From: Podarcis liolepis
Taxonomy: Eukaryota
Assembly (NCBI GenBank): GCA_965112155.1
Contig: OZ218099.1
Reading direction: 5' to 3' (one strand)
Length of the DNA stretch: 64,000 nt
A program made the position numbers and the translations under genes. Below, one piece after another: positions 11,646 through 24,121 of the stretch. Under the pieces are notes generated by a model that searched no databases, was not told where the DNA came from, and saw only the letters and a program-made list of their open reading frames with translations. Within the stretch, counting starts at the first letter, position 1; each line of letters begins with the position of its first letter.

Positions 11646-14158
11646 AAAGGTCTGCTGAAAAGTTGCAAAAAAGGGGCAAGGGAGTTCTAAGTTGAAACTG
11701 AGTGAATTAGACAAAGTCATCTCAATGAGAAATACAATTTACAGAGAGCTCACAAAGCTCCCTTTATCTCAAGCTAAGTCTTTCTTCCCCAGTGCTGGGT
11801 ATAGGCAGAAACAGGACTCTTGAGGGCCTTCCTTCACATGAAGTTATTAGAGCAATGATTGTGCAGTTCTTATCTATTTGTTGCTCAGTAGCTGCAATAC
11901 TTTCTTCGTGGAAAGACTTCTGTTTCAGAAGTTGTTTCCTTTTCTCGGAACGTACTCTCAATGTGATATATCATCCTTCATCAATCACACCACAGAACTG
12001 CAATTGCAGTGGCCAAACGTTGCTACAGTATTGCAATGGCTGTTGCTAGTGTCATCATGAGTGACAAAGCAATAAAGGCCTACTTACATGCCAATGCCAT
12101 TTTGTGTGCATTTATTTATTTAGTTTCTTATGGCTGCCGGCTGCACTGCTGTGCAACATCAGTGCTTGATTGCTTCTACAGCAGTATTTGAAGCTATTTG
12201 GCGGTTCCGTCTTTCCACAGAGTCATTTGAGGAACTGTTAAAGTTTCTATCCCACCTAACCTGGTATTTAGTTAGCATTCAGCTGGACAGGGCAAATTTC
12301 AGCTGCTGTATTTAATTCTGTGATCACACACTTCTATCTTTGGGGTCTGCCCTCCTGAGAGCGTTTGTAGATCTGTTCTAATTAAGCTGATAACTTGTAG
12401 ATAAAGACACAATCTCTCTCATTTTCTTACAATGGAATTATCAGTGTCACTTCATTTTACAGCAAACCAAGTTCAAACTTGGAAACTCAAGGATTTTTAT
12501 TTCTGAATTGTAAGCTTACCTCCCCACCCTCCTTTAAGCCAAGTGTTGGATGACTATTGACATTCAGAGCTTTAAATAAATTTCAGTTCCTGCTACAAAG
12601 TTGTCTGGGGTTTTTAATTAAATAGGTATTAAGTAAAATAAAAAATATTAAATAAGCATTAGTTTATTGCACAATCATAGTATAAGCTGATTACTTGTAA
12701 AGCTGTATATTGAACATTCCATCTGAAGTTTAGTTTTGCATATAGTGAGGCTCGTTATTTAAATAAGCAAAGGATGAAGTGATTCTGGAGAGACTTGTTT
12801 GGAATATGTTCTGGGATGTTAAGACATACAGGTACATTCAGAACAGACCCATGATGAGTGCTCTACCTGGAGCTGTGACAGTGTTGCGTGAGCACAGGGC
12901 CAGTAGTGGCAACTGCAGCAGAGTGAGCAAAAGTTCTGAAGCAGAGAACTTGTGAGATAAGAGCCTCCCATCCCCTTAGCATACTGTGGTTGCCCTTTGG
13001 ATTTGCTGCCACTCACCTTGTGACTCTACCTTGCTTCTCACCTGCCACATTATGCCCAGGAATTAGTGTAGGTTTGGTTGTGTACAGTGGTGACAGCGGG
13101 AACTGAAGTAGGAACAGGGAGAACTGACCTGAGGAGGGGATGAGAGCACCAACCTCTTTCATGGCCAGTGCCTTGGCCTGCTTTGTGAGGAAAGGACAAA
13201 GTGTTCAACATGTTTTTAAAGAGTTCACGTTACTATACACCCTTGCATCATTATTTCTCTTTTAGCACTATACAATACACCACATAATGCAGTATTTCAG
13301 ACAGTAGGAGTTTCCAGGAACACTGCCTAAGGTGTTGGAACTGTTGCTGAAGTACTGGATTATCCTGCAAACACCCACCAAAGAAACAATATATGCAACA
13401 AAGCCCACTGACAGCTCTGTCCATCTGTTTATTATGGCAACACTATTGCTGGACAGTCATGTTGACTATTTACCATATCTAGTGCCATAGTATATCCTCT
13501 TCCATCACTGCCCTGCAGTGGTCTTTTGGGTTGTGGTAGGGTGGGGATGAGCAAAGAAAACTGCAAATGAAACATTAATTAATATATATTTCAGTTCTTC
13601 TAGATGCCCTATTTCTGGCCAGTGTTTCAATATTCACAGCTCCTAAGTCAGAAATAACATTTTAAAGAGTTTGAGGGTGTTTCTTCTGCTAGGCAGTGGA
13701 CAAATGACCCCCCCTTTTGTTAAGCAGCCCTTAAACATGTTGCTCACTGCATCACTGTAATGTGCAGTTAAGCTTTGTTTCACCTTAAGCTCAGTTTAGT
13801 TTCCAAACCGTGTTTATATATACCTCAGCTCTTCAAAAATTAGCTCATCTTTATTGGAATAGGACAGCCTTCCCCCATGTGGTACCCTCCAAATATTTTT
13901 GAGTACAAACCACATTATCACAGGTCACTGGTTGGAGCTGATGGGAATTGGAATCCAAACTGGAGTTGTTTCCTTCGAAAGGAGGTACTCTCTTAACTTG
14001 AGAGCCATAAGAAAAGGGCTGACCAATTTGCAGCTAAAGTCTAATGAATTTCACAAGTACTGATTACATTGAGTGATTGTATCATGATGGGAAACCATAT
14101 TAAAAAAAAGAACATGCACCTGTCTAATTCAAAGACAAAGAACTAAAATTTCTAGATA

Positions 14159-14218
14159 CCGTATTTTTTGCACCATAACACTCACTTTTTTCCTCCTAAA
14201 AAGTAAGGGGAAATGTGG
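14159..14218. mobile_element. Short remnant of a Tc1/mariner-type element
   Basis: TA|CCGTATTTTTTGCACCATAACAC terminus, related to the terminus at 26729. Confidence 0.45.
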
Positions 14219-17200
14219 TACCTTAAATGACAGTGCTGTAGAATAGTTGGTTATGGCAGCAACTCTAGACCTGTTAGTGAGTGGCTCCCAGGACCTGGTA
14301 CAAGAGGTAAAATTAAATTTAAAATACCCTACATGTTTTTATTTATAATTTTAATGATAATTACATTTATAATCTGCCCTATCCTGTTGGTTTAGTGTTC
14401 CATATATACACATTTAATCTGGTTATTAAATGTCAGCCCAAAGAGGAAAATTCTACAATTGTTTTGCAAGTATTTTATTTGCCATTCAACAACATTTCTT
14501 GGCTCATTTAATTTTTTTTAAAGAAAAGTGACTTTTCTTATTTTTATTTCCTGAGAATCAGCCACCTTAGAAATAAACCATTCCATAATGTCTGTCTGAT
14601 ATTGTGAAAGCCTATGTAAGTTTGTATTGTGCATATGCATGTAAGATTTAATATTTTTGGTAATCTGAACAGTGTGTTTACAGCCACCCTGAATAAAGAT
14701 ACTGATTTTATAAGTAAAGTTCCCTAATCAGACTGCTACCCAGAGAAATTACAAACAGGTTGTTACTGAAAGGTTGTAACTGTGGCTGGATTTATTGTTT
14801 TTTCTTTTATAAATAATTTGGGTTCTGTTTTGTAGTATACCTCAAACTTCAGGTATTTTACAATCTAGCCCTTCCAACCACTTTGTCATTGCTATTTCTT
14901 ACATTAACTTCATGTGAGCTAATCTCATTCACATTAGCTGCACATGAGCCACTTTCTCACATTAGTGTCCCATGCATGAATTGATCTTTCTCTTCTGATG
15001 CTGTAAATGTAAGAAGGGTTTTGGACAATTTGTCATGAATGAATTTGAGGGATCGGAACTTTATTTGGTGTTCTTAAATGCTGGACCAGGTTAAGCAAAA
15101 TTTGTGTTGGATATTTTATGTTGTAGCATGTAGGTTTCTTTCACTCAGATCAGAGCAATACAGTGATGCTGGCAAATTCCTTACTGCTTGAGTTATTCTT
15201 TGTTCTCTCTAATTGTAGCTGCCCCAGGAACAATTTTGCCTACAATTGACTACAAAATACAGAAGCTAATTCAATACCATCAAGATTCTTAGTATTTATG
15301 GTTGATAGTGGGCTTAATTTGTAACTGGGTGATTTTCAAGTACTGTACTCAAAATTTAGAGTATAGAAGCACATTGAAAATCTTAGGTCAATATGCAACA
15401 TCAGCCACCAGGAACACACACTAATTTGAACCACCTGTTGGATCCCAGTAGTTTCCTGAGCTTTAGTAAAGTGCTAGTGACCTTTAGAGGCTTGGCTTTT
15501 GATACCTCTCTGCACCTGGCCTGGGGCGGGGCCTGACAGGCCTCATAAGGACTGCTCCTATAACTGCTGCCCAGCAAGCACTGGGGTATTTCAGCTGAAG
15601 TTTGGAAGAAAAAGTTTGCTGGTAGGTTCAGAGAAACTGTTTCTTAGCACACATTTCAGCTTAGAGCATTTATTGTTTCAATGTGTGATGAAGGCTCCTA
15701 GCTTAGATGGTTCTCTTGGTCTCTCTCTCTCTTTTAAAGGTCTAGACAAGTTAATAGAGATTAGATACATCAATGACTATTAGCAGTAGTAACTAATGAA
15801 AAATGGGTATTCTATCTGCTTAACAAATACAGGGTAGTTGTCGTCTTCATGATCTGCTTGTGAACTTTCCTATGGCATCTGACCAGTTACAAAGTGCTGG
15901 ATTAGATGGATCATAGTTGCTGTGATCCACTTAGGCCATTCTTTTCTTGCATTCTAGGAGATCAGGTTAAGCATTTTAGCTTATGTTCCCTAGTTTACAA
16001 AATTTATGAAAGTAATCACAGAATAAACTGTACAGGAATTTTTGGTTTAACGACAAATGTGTTGCCACTTTGTAAATAGTGTTGAAAAATGGAAACTTAA
16101 TGGGAATCAGTAAACTGTCAGCAGGTAAATATGAGATCCTATAGATTTTTGCTTGATTGAATGGTTCCTGGTGGTTTTATAGTTTCATTTGTCAGTTTAA
16201 TCATCATTCCCTTGACCTCAAAAACTTCAAATCACAAGCAGCTCCACACTTTACAGAGTAATCATATTTCCTTGGGATATACAAGGGTTTCCCATAGGCA
16301 TCTGGTTGGCCACCTTGAGAACAGAATGCCAGAGTACATAAGCTTTTGATTTGACCTGGCAAGGCTCTTCTTTTGTTCTTTTGTGACCAGCACACATCCT
16401 TAACAGTTTGTGAACAAATGAAGCTGCCTTACGGAAGCAGACCATTGGTCAACCTCATTTGTATTTGTCACTCCAGCAGCATTGGCTTACTGATGTCTGA
16501 GGCAGACAGTTTCCCCACCTCTTGATATCTGGAATTCTTTTGAATTGTATATGGTAGGGATCAAACTTGGGGACTTATGCAAACACTACCTCCAAATATA
16601 TTGGGGAGATGTGGCCCAGTTGGGGCTCCCTGGCATGTTTAGGCAGGTGTTATATGCCACACGTCTTTCCTTTTACACTTTGTTTGCAGCAGGAAATATT
16701 GGTGTAACAGCATTGATGGGTGTAGTATTACATAATGTTTCAGGTAACGTTTTGGGGAAGTGAACTCCAACTGCCTATGACAGTCATCCTTGCCTTTTAT
16801 CAAAGTTCTCCTTTCCACAGAACCTGCTTCTCCTGCAAAGCAGGACCATCCTACCCTCATGTTTTTCTGTACTGTGCTGCTACTGCCACAACTTTATCTC
16901 CCCCCACCCCCCATGTGTTGGTCAAACTATTATCATCTTTCATCTCTCGCCTGTCTGTTGTATCCAGAGCCAGCCCTACAAACAGGGATCGTGTCAGTTC
17001 TTCCTTCCATACAGGCCTTTAATTGTTGGTCCTAGATAAATGAAGAGTAGAAGCTGGAATGGGAGTTATCACTACTTTTGGAATGGTTAGCAGAAACATC
17101 AGTTTCTCAAATTCTATTCTAGAACTCTGTACCCATTACAGTTAATACCTGGATGCAGCGATGATGACTTTCTTTTGGAAAGGCAGCTACCTTCAGATAC

Positions 17201-20200
17201 TAACAAATATATGTCTATAAATATTCTTATAATGGTTCTGCTTCCACAGTGGGCAGATAATAAAGTGTTCTTCATTACAGAGATTCAGAGAGGTAAATGA
17301 ATTTTTAGCAATGAGTATAACAGGATTGCAGTTTTCTGGCACAGTGAATGGGGTTGGGGATGAAGTTACAGACTATTTCCCCAGCTGTGAGCCATCCGTG
17401 TAGTTTCAAATTAGGATTGAGGGAAATCTAGCAATGGAAGTTAGGTTTGTCAACAAAGGAAGCTGTGTAAATTGGCACTAAAATCACTTGATTTTCATCC
17501 AGACAAAATTTTTCTATAAAGGTTTTAGAAGCAATCTTTCTCTGCTTTTCAGCTCCTTTGATGAAAGACATATTTTATGTAAAGTGAACTGGGGCACTTA
17601 TAAAGTAGTAGACTTCTCTCAAGTGTGTAACAAAAATACTGGAAAATGCTTCAGAAAATAGGGTGGCTATAGAATCATAGAACTGTAGAGTTAGAAGGGA
17701 CCACAAGGATCATCCAGCCCAACAGTGCAGGAATCTTTTGCTAGGCTAGATCTGGAAGTGGCCCACCCACTGCTAATTACTTTTGACAGGTAGGTGGGAC
17801 CACCTGTGACACTTAGATGACACTGGGTGATATCAGATGTGTGATATCACTTTCAAAGGAAGAATTTGGCAAATACTTTGAAGTGCCCTCTTAATTCTTC
17901 CTTTGGAGCCATGGCTTGAATTTCAAGGCACAGCTTAGTTAAAATACAAGTCCCACTTTCAGCAGCGATCTGCTCTGCTCAGGGACTCTGATATGGAGCT
18001 CCTGAGAGGAGCTGATTAAAGCAGGGCTTGCTTTCAGTGCTGAGTTTAAATTCAGTACTCAATGCAAGCCCCACTTTCAGCAGGGATGGCTCCACTCAGG
18101 GGCTTCCAAATGGAACTAATCCCATTAGGGCTTTCCTTTGGCATCAAATTTAAAGGCACTGAATGCAAACCCCTTTTACAGAAGAACAATTGGGAGCACA
18201 TTATGCGCCACAGCCCATTCAAATGGGTCTTGTGGGCTGAATTAGGACCACAGCAGGCCTAATTTGCCCTGCAGCCTGAGCTTTCCCACCCCTGTCTTAA
18301 TCTGTCAAACATAAGCACCCTGTGAAGATTACCACTGGGGCAATGCACTTGAGCTCTGCCTCTAGCTGAAACTTCAGTCTGTACTTGAGTCAGAAACATC
18401 TAAAACTTTTTGAAATATATGATACAGGGATAACATCATCTTCATCTCAGGAATGTTTTGAGAATCACTATAGCGTTGTCTAGATAATATAAATGTGGAT
18501 GACACAAATGTCACCGTGTTTCAATACATGAATAGGTCTACATATATTTAAATGTGTTTTTAAAGTTGTAGTGTTTGGCTGTGGTTTCTGTGAGAAATCT
18601 GTGTTAGAGACAGCTTGGAAATCTGCAGCAGGAAAACCTACTGCAAGTCTGTATTATTTTCTTGGTACCATTTATGTCAAAACCAGACTCTTTGTGACAC
18701 ATAAGTGACAGAACAGGGAGTCTGCCAATTCAGCATCACTCTCATGGGCCTCACTAGGAATTGCAGCTATGTTGACCAGCTCGTCAGTGTACCAAACAAG
18801 GAAAGTTGTGTTGTATATTTGGTTTTGTTAGCCAGTTATAGACCACAAGCAGAATTTTATAGCTTTTTAGGCAGGGAATGCTCTGAAAACACTTGAGGCT
18901 CTGTCAGGCAAACACAAGGCAGAGTAGTGTAGCTAGATTTTTTACTTCAGTAATTACAGAAACACCCTAGGCCTTTCTGGTTTTATAAACAATGAAATAC
19001 TTGATGTTTAGCAGGAATTATTGTCAAGACCTTCCTTTCCAGTATGTTGATACTGAGTGTTGAATTTTCCTGTCCACTGTACAGTTATCACCCCTTTCTA
19101 GCTCCAGCCCCTCTGAACATGCTGCCAGTTTTGCCTCATCAGACCCTGTGTGACTGAGGGGTATTTTAATTTGTTTGAAAGGAGTGAAGAGAGGATATAG
19201 GCGAGAAGAGCCACTGGCAAAAGCTCCTGTTCTGTGGAGAGAGTTGGTCAAGTAAACGTGTTGGGAGTGGAGATATCGGGAACAAAAGTAACAAATCTTT
19301 TAGGAAAACAAAATGTTTTGCAGGGTTCATATTTTCTATTTTTTGTTGATGAAATGCCTGAACCCTCAGAATCAATACAAGTGGTTCTTAAATAGTGGGT
19401 TGTAAGCTTTGCTGTATGTTCCTAATACTGAGTGCTGAATACGATATAATGTGACATATGATGCTCTCTGCCTAATGGACTATCCCTTGTTCTGGAAATT
19501 AGGGGGATGTAATCTTGTTTCTGGGTTTAATAGGTAAAAAAGAACGTTGCTGCTCTGTGCATGAGGTGTTTGTTGATGTGTGAAGCTTTTTAACTCGAAA
19601 AGCTATAGCATAGCTGTATTTTTCTTCTTCACTGGCAGCATTGAGAAGCTAGAGTATTGGAGCAATTTATTCTCGATGGCCAAAGCTGACAAATAACAGA
19701 GGGAGTGCAATAGATGTGGGTAGAAAGCAACCAGTTTTGATGCCTCATACCTAATCTACAGAGTCCTGCACTGGTTTATCCCAATTGATCATGTGCTTAG
19801 AAGTGACATGCTAGATGTGGGGCTAAACTGGGAGTTGTAGGCCCTTAGACATTGACCTTCCTGTGTTGGATGTCATGGTGTTTGTATGGTCCTGTCAGTT
19901 TTTCCTGTGTAAATTTTTCACTGGGGAGGGTGGTACCTTGTAACCAAATGTCATGATATTGAGGAAACACACAGAATGCTAGAACTGAAGTTGAAAGATG
20001 CAGTGTCCTAGCAACATGAGAGAAACAGTCACTACTAATAAAGTTGCAGATCTGCAGGGTGCCCTAGTGAGCACAAAGCAGCTAAAGAGTGAGTTTTCAA
20101 AATGAGATCTCTTTGCTAGCTTCTGTCATGTTGTTGTGTACCCAGTGACAAAAGATGTGGGTATGGGTGGAAGGTTTCTTAAGTGGTCTGCAGCGCATTA

Positions 20201-20302
20201 AAGCCTAAGAACCACTGAACAATCATAAGGGAAGTGAAACAATATATATATATATATTTAACAATGTTTGAAAGGCTGTTTTTCTTCTCATTTGACATGC
20301 AG

Positions 20303-20326
20303 CAAGGACATATGGGAGAAGGCGAG
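20303..20326 (+). CDS. CPEB4: CPEB4 24-nt alternative (neuronal) microexon, (A)RTYGRRR(G)
   Basis: tttttcttctcatttgacatgcag|CAAGGACATATGGGAGAAGGCGAG|gtaaca. Phase 1-1, 24 nt, encodes ARTYGRRRG as in mammalian CPEB4 exon 4. Confidence 0.95.
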
Positions 20327-20894
20327 GTAACAACATTCCTCTTTAATTTTCTGATGTTTAAAATGTCTCATGGCACAGCTAATGCACAATCTGCTTCTGT
20401 AAGGAGGACTGGAAGCAGTTTTTTTTTAAAAAAGCCAGGCTTCCTCAATTTGCATGCTGTGGTAACCTTTAGTAACTTAATGTAGTGGCTCCCAAAATTA
20501 AGACTACCTAGGCAGAATTAGGATAGTTATACTGAGGCATGGGGATGAGGAGGCGTCAGTGTTACTACAGTGTAGACTATATACTATATATGTAGGTCTG
20601 ACCTTATGTGTGGGTGTGGGTGGTTGTTGCTTAGAAAAGCACCTAAGTGACTTGGGCTCCAGGTCTATTTTTCAAAGGTGACTTTGGCCATGATGCACTG
20701 TAATAGGAAAAAGACAATGGTTATCATATGTACTCTGACATGGGTGATTTAATACTGCTTCTTAAATAGTGTGCCCTTGTGGAATCAGATTGCTTTTCTG
20801 GTTCTCTCCTGTGAACAAGCTAAAAATGTGTCTGAGAGGTGTCTGGAGCCTTGGAACTGTAATTGTGTGTTTTGAAGAGCTATTCAGCTGCTTA

Positions 20895-21016
20895 ATAATA
20901 ATAATAATAATAATAATAATATATGCCATCCATCTGACTGGATTGCCCCAGCCACTCTGGGCAGCTCCCAACAAAAAATAGTAACAGCACAATACATCAC
21001 ACACTAAAAACTTCCC
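20895..21016 (-). mobile_element. L2-type LINE 3' end with (AAT)n tail
   Basis: (aat)n followed by ...ccatctgactggattgccccagccactctgggcagctcccaaca, a common lacertid LINE 3' end in antisense. Confidence 0.45.
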
Positions 21017-23947
21017 TAGCTTGGGTTGGGGGCACTAGCAATCATAATTTGAAGTTGGGGGGAGTTTCATGTCAGTTGTGAAAATGGATCCTGGCAATTA
21101 AGTCACTTAGGTGCTTTGTGGAATGAGGGAACTGCATTGCTCGAACTTCATCCTCTGAACTTGCATGTTGAGTAAATAACCATGAATACATGCCACTTTG
21201 CTTAGCTTCTTCAACACTTTCTTGCTTGGGGTGAGGGAAGCATTTCTGCAATAAAAATAGAGTAGTAAGGAGAGTTATTGCTAAAGAAAAGGAAGAGTGG
21301 CTATATGTAGTCCAGGAAAAGGGTCTGCAAATTTAGTTTTCAAAGAGAATTCATCCCTTTCAGTGGGTTTCAGATCATTACATTAGAAAGCAAATGTTCT
21401 AGAATGCTGGTAATGATAATGGGATTAATATTGTTGTGCTCATCTTCTAAACAGGAGTTGTTTTTTTTGAAAGGTTGTGGTAAACTGGTTCACTGTTTAT
21501 TAGTGACTCAGATTTTATTGACATTTTTGTCTTCTGGGGCACCCCTTGATCAGAGAGGTGAGGCGTTTGAGAGGAGGAGACAGATCTTCTTACACTGATC
21601 TGCCCTTTAGCCAAGAACCTTAGAGTTGCCACTTCCCATGTCAAAAGGAACCTTGACATTCCTGTTGCTGCCCTTGTTGAATGATCACATAGAGGAAAGC
21701 ATGACAGTGCCATTGACAATATGTGTAGCTTGCCATATTCAGTATATAAGGAACAATGTTTTCAACCATCTTGATGTACTCTAAATAAAACTGCACTGTG
21801 ATGTTTCATCAAAAAGGGATTGTAACACATTTTTTCCTTCTGTGTGAATGTTAATTTAAAAGAAACTGGAACACTAGCCAGAAACACAAGTTTCCAGCCT
21901 ATCTTGAAATGATACAGAAAGTCAGGTGCTAAAGTGATCAGTTTTGTCTATATGAATGTTAAGCGGTATGAAACAAAGTACCACTTTCACAGTAACATAT
22001 ACAGTAAGTACCATAGCAAGGAGACCCCTACATAATTAATAGCAGAATGATTCTTGAAACATGGCTTTCCTAGATAATCCATTAATCTTGTATAACATCA
22101 AGGTACTGGTTACTATTAGGAAACAAAACCACCTAGAGTCTACATCTGTCTGTGGTGATACATCTGTACCTGGACTATATCACTTCAGTCTGAAAGAGTG
22201 AAGAGTCACAGAACCAAATGCTTCCTCTACAAAAACATTGAACATTGAAAGCTGGCATATTAGGGGTAAGGCTAGGCTATAACCTTTCCCCCTGACATGC
22301 TAATCTTATATGTGTGGGGACTTTTCTTTTATGGAAAAACACACAATTGCATAAGTTCTTACTTCTCGTATGTAGTGGTACAGCCAAGACTGATGAATGA
22401 GCCTCAGCTTGTTTCATGTTGGCTAGGAAATAAGCTGAGAAGTAACCAGTTTATTTCTAAGCCAACTACCCTTTGTTTACTGGATTTTACTCATCTACTA
22501 GTGGTGTTCTGGCTCAGGCAGTAGTGGTAGCAAGCTGCAGGGAAAAGCAAAGGAGGGCCGTCTCACTCTTCCTTTCCCTCCTTCTCATAACAAAATCGGG
22601 GAAATGTAGTTTTCCCAACAACAATGTTGGTAGGCACTGGAAAAAATGATTTTCCAGGGGTTAATTGTGGCGCAGGTACCTACGAAGGTAGAAGAAGGAA
22701 ATCTTTCCTTGCTGATACCACCATTGGGGATGAAGGGAAGGACTTCAATAACGTTTGAGGTCAATATTCATTTTGGTGGTATATTTCTATACTTTTGTGA
22801 TAACCAGTGGTTTTTGCAAATAAATTTGGCTGGCTGCTCACAGGAGGAAGTTTGGGAATAGGCTAGTGGATAAGAAGGGAATGAGTGGGTAGAAGTTTGG
22901 GAGTCTGATTGGATGGAAGAGGAATTATTCTATAGATCAGAATAAAACCTGAGCTGAAGAAGAATTCAGGGGTGACAGTAATATTTGCTTCAAGGTTGAG
23001 GGGAAGTATTAAGTTTTTATTCTGCCTTCCTTCCTGAAGTTCAGTGAGGCATGCATTGTTATTCTTCCCCATTTTATCCTCAAAGCAGCCTTGTGAGGTA
23101 GGTTAGGCTAAGAGAGAGAGACTTCTCCAAGGTCTTCCCAGCACTAGTCTAATAACCTAACAACTATGTGATGCTGTATGCCAAGCATTATGAGACCTGT
23201 GAAACTCATACTTCCAGGAAGAGTTACAGCATTAGTTGGTTTACTGTGTCAGTAAAAACTAAGGCTAAAGAATTTCAGATTTGGGGAGGGGAGTATTTGT
23301 TTGGTAGGATATATTACTACTACTGTCACATTGTGACTGTTCATGATTTCAAGTCTCTGAGATTAAAGTGTAAATTAGATGTGGGATATTTCACTTCATC
23401 TGAACTATGCAGTTATATGGGGTTAGCTGAAATATTGCAACTTGCAATTCCACAGCATTCTTCATACGATATTGGGGAAAGGCACCAAAATTATTCTTAA
23501 TATATTTGATAAAGCATTTATTTGCAGCATATGTTTGAAAAATATTCAATTTGGTGTGTGTTGAGAAGAGAATTGGGGGATATATTGACGGTAGAGGTTA
23601 GCCATTTAATGATTTTGATTGTTCTTGTATTATATTATGGTACATTACCTTGAGCTGCCTGCATAACAGTTGACAGAAAATATATATTGAATTAATAAAT
23701 AATATTAAAATGAAGTTTTCCTATTTTGTTTCATAGATAGTATTAACAGGGCATCTTCGTATACCCAAGAGGTCAGGCTGTAGGAGTAAGAAAGACATGT
23801 AGTTAATGTTACTGTTAATTATGTACACAGAAGGGAAAATCCGCTGACATGTCTGATGTAGCAGTTAATATTAATGAAATAATTGTATCCAAATAGAATT
23901 TTCTTCTGTTAGTATGTTTTGCATTTCCCCCCTCTTTTCCATTGTAG

Positions 23948-24121
23948 GTCAGTCTTCACTGTTCCCAATGGAAGATGGGTTTTTGGATGATGGACGTGGG
24001 GATCAGACGCTCCATAGTGGCTTGGGATCACCACACTGCTTTTCCCACCAGAATGGCGAGCGAGTGGAACGGTACTCCCGCAAGGTGTTTGTAGGTGGTT
24101 TGCCACCTGATATTGATGAAG
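23948..24121 (+). CDS. CPEB4: CPEB4 exon 5 (174 nt), GQSSLFPMEDG...RKVFVGGLPPDIDE, start of RRM1
   Basis: ccattgtag|GTCAG ... GATGAAG|gtatac; RNP2 motif KVFVGGL; CPEB4-specific LDDGRGDQ.LHSGLGSPHCFSHQNGERVERYS. Confidence 0.97.

Noticed and set aside
12190-12260. Peptide FRLSTESFEELLKFL reminiscent of a Harbinger transposase N-terminal motif
   Set aside because: Too short, no flanking DDE motifs or TIRs seen; likely chance.
204-23947. CPEB3-type HDV-like self-cleaving ribozyme in the intron
   Set aside because: The gene is CPEB4, not CPEB3, and I saw no match to the recalled CPEB3 ribozyme sequence. An Infernal scan would be needed to exclude a diverged HDV-like fold.
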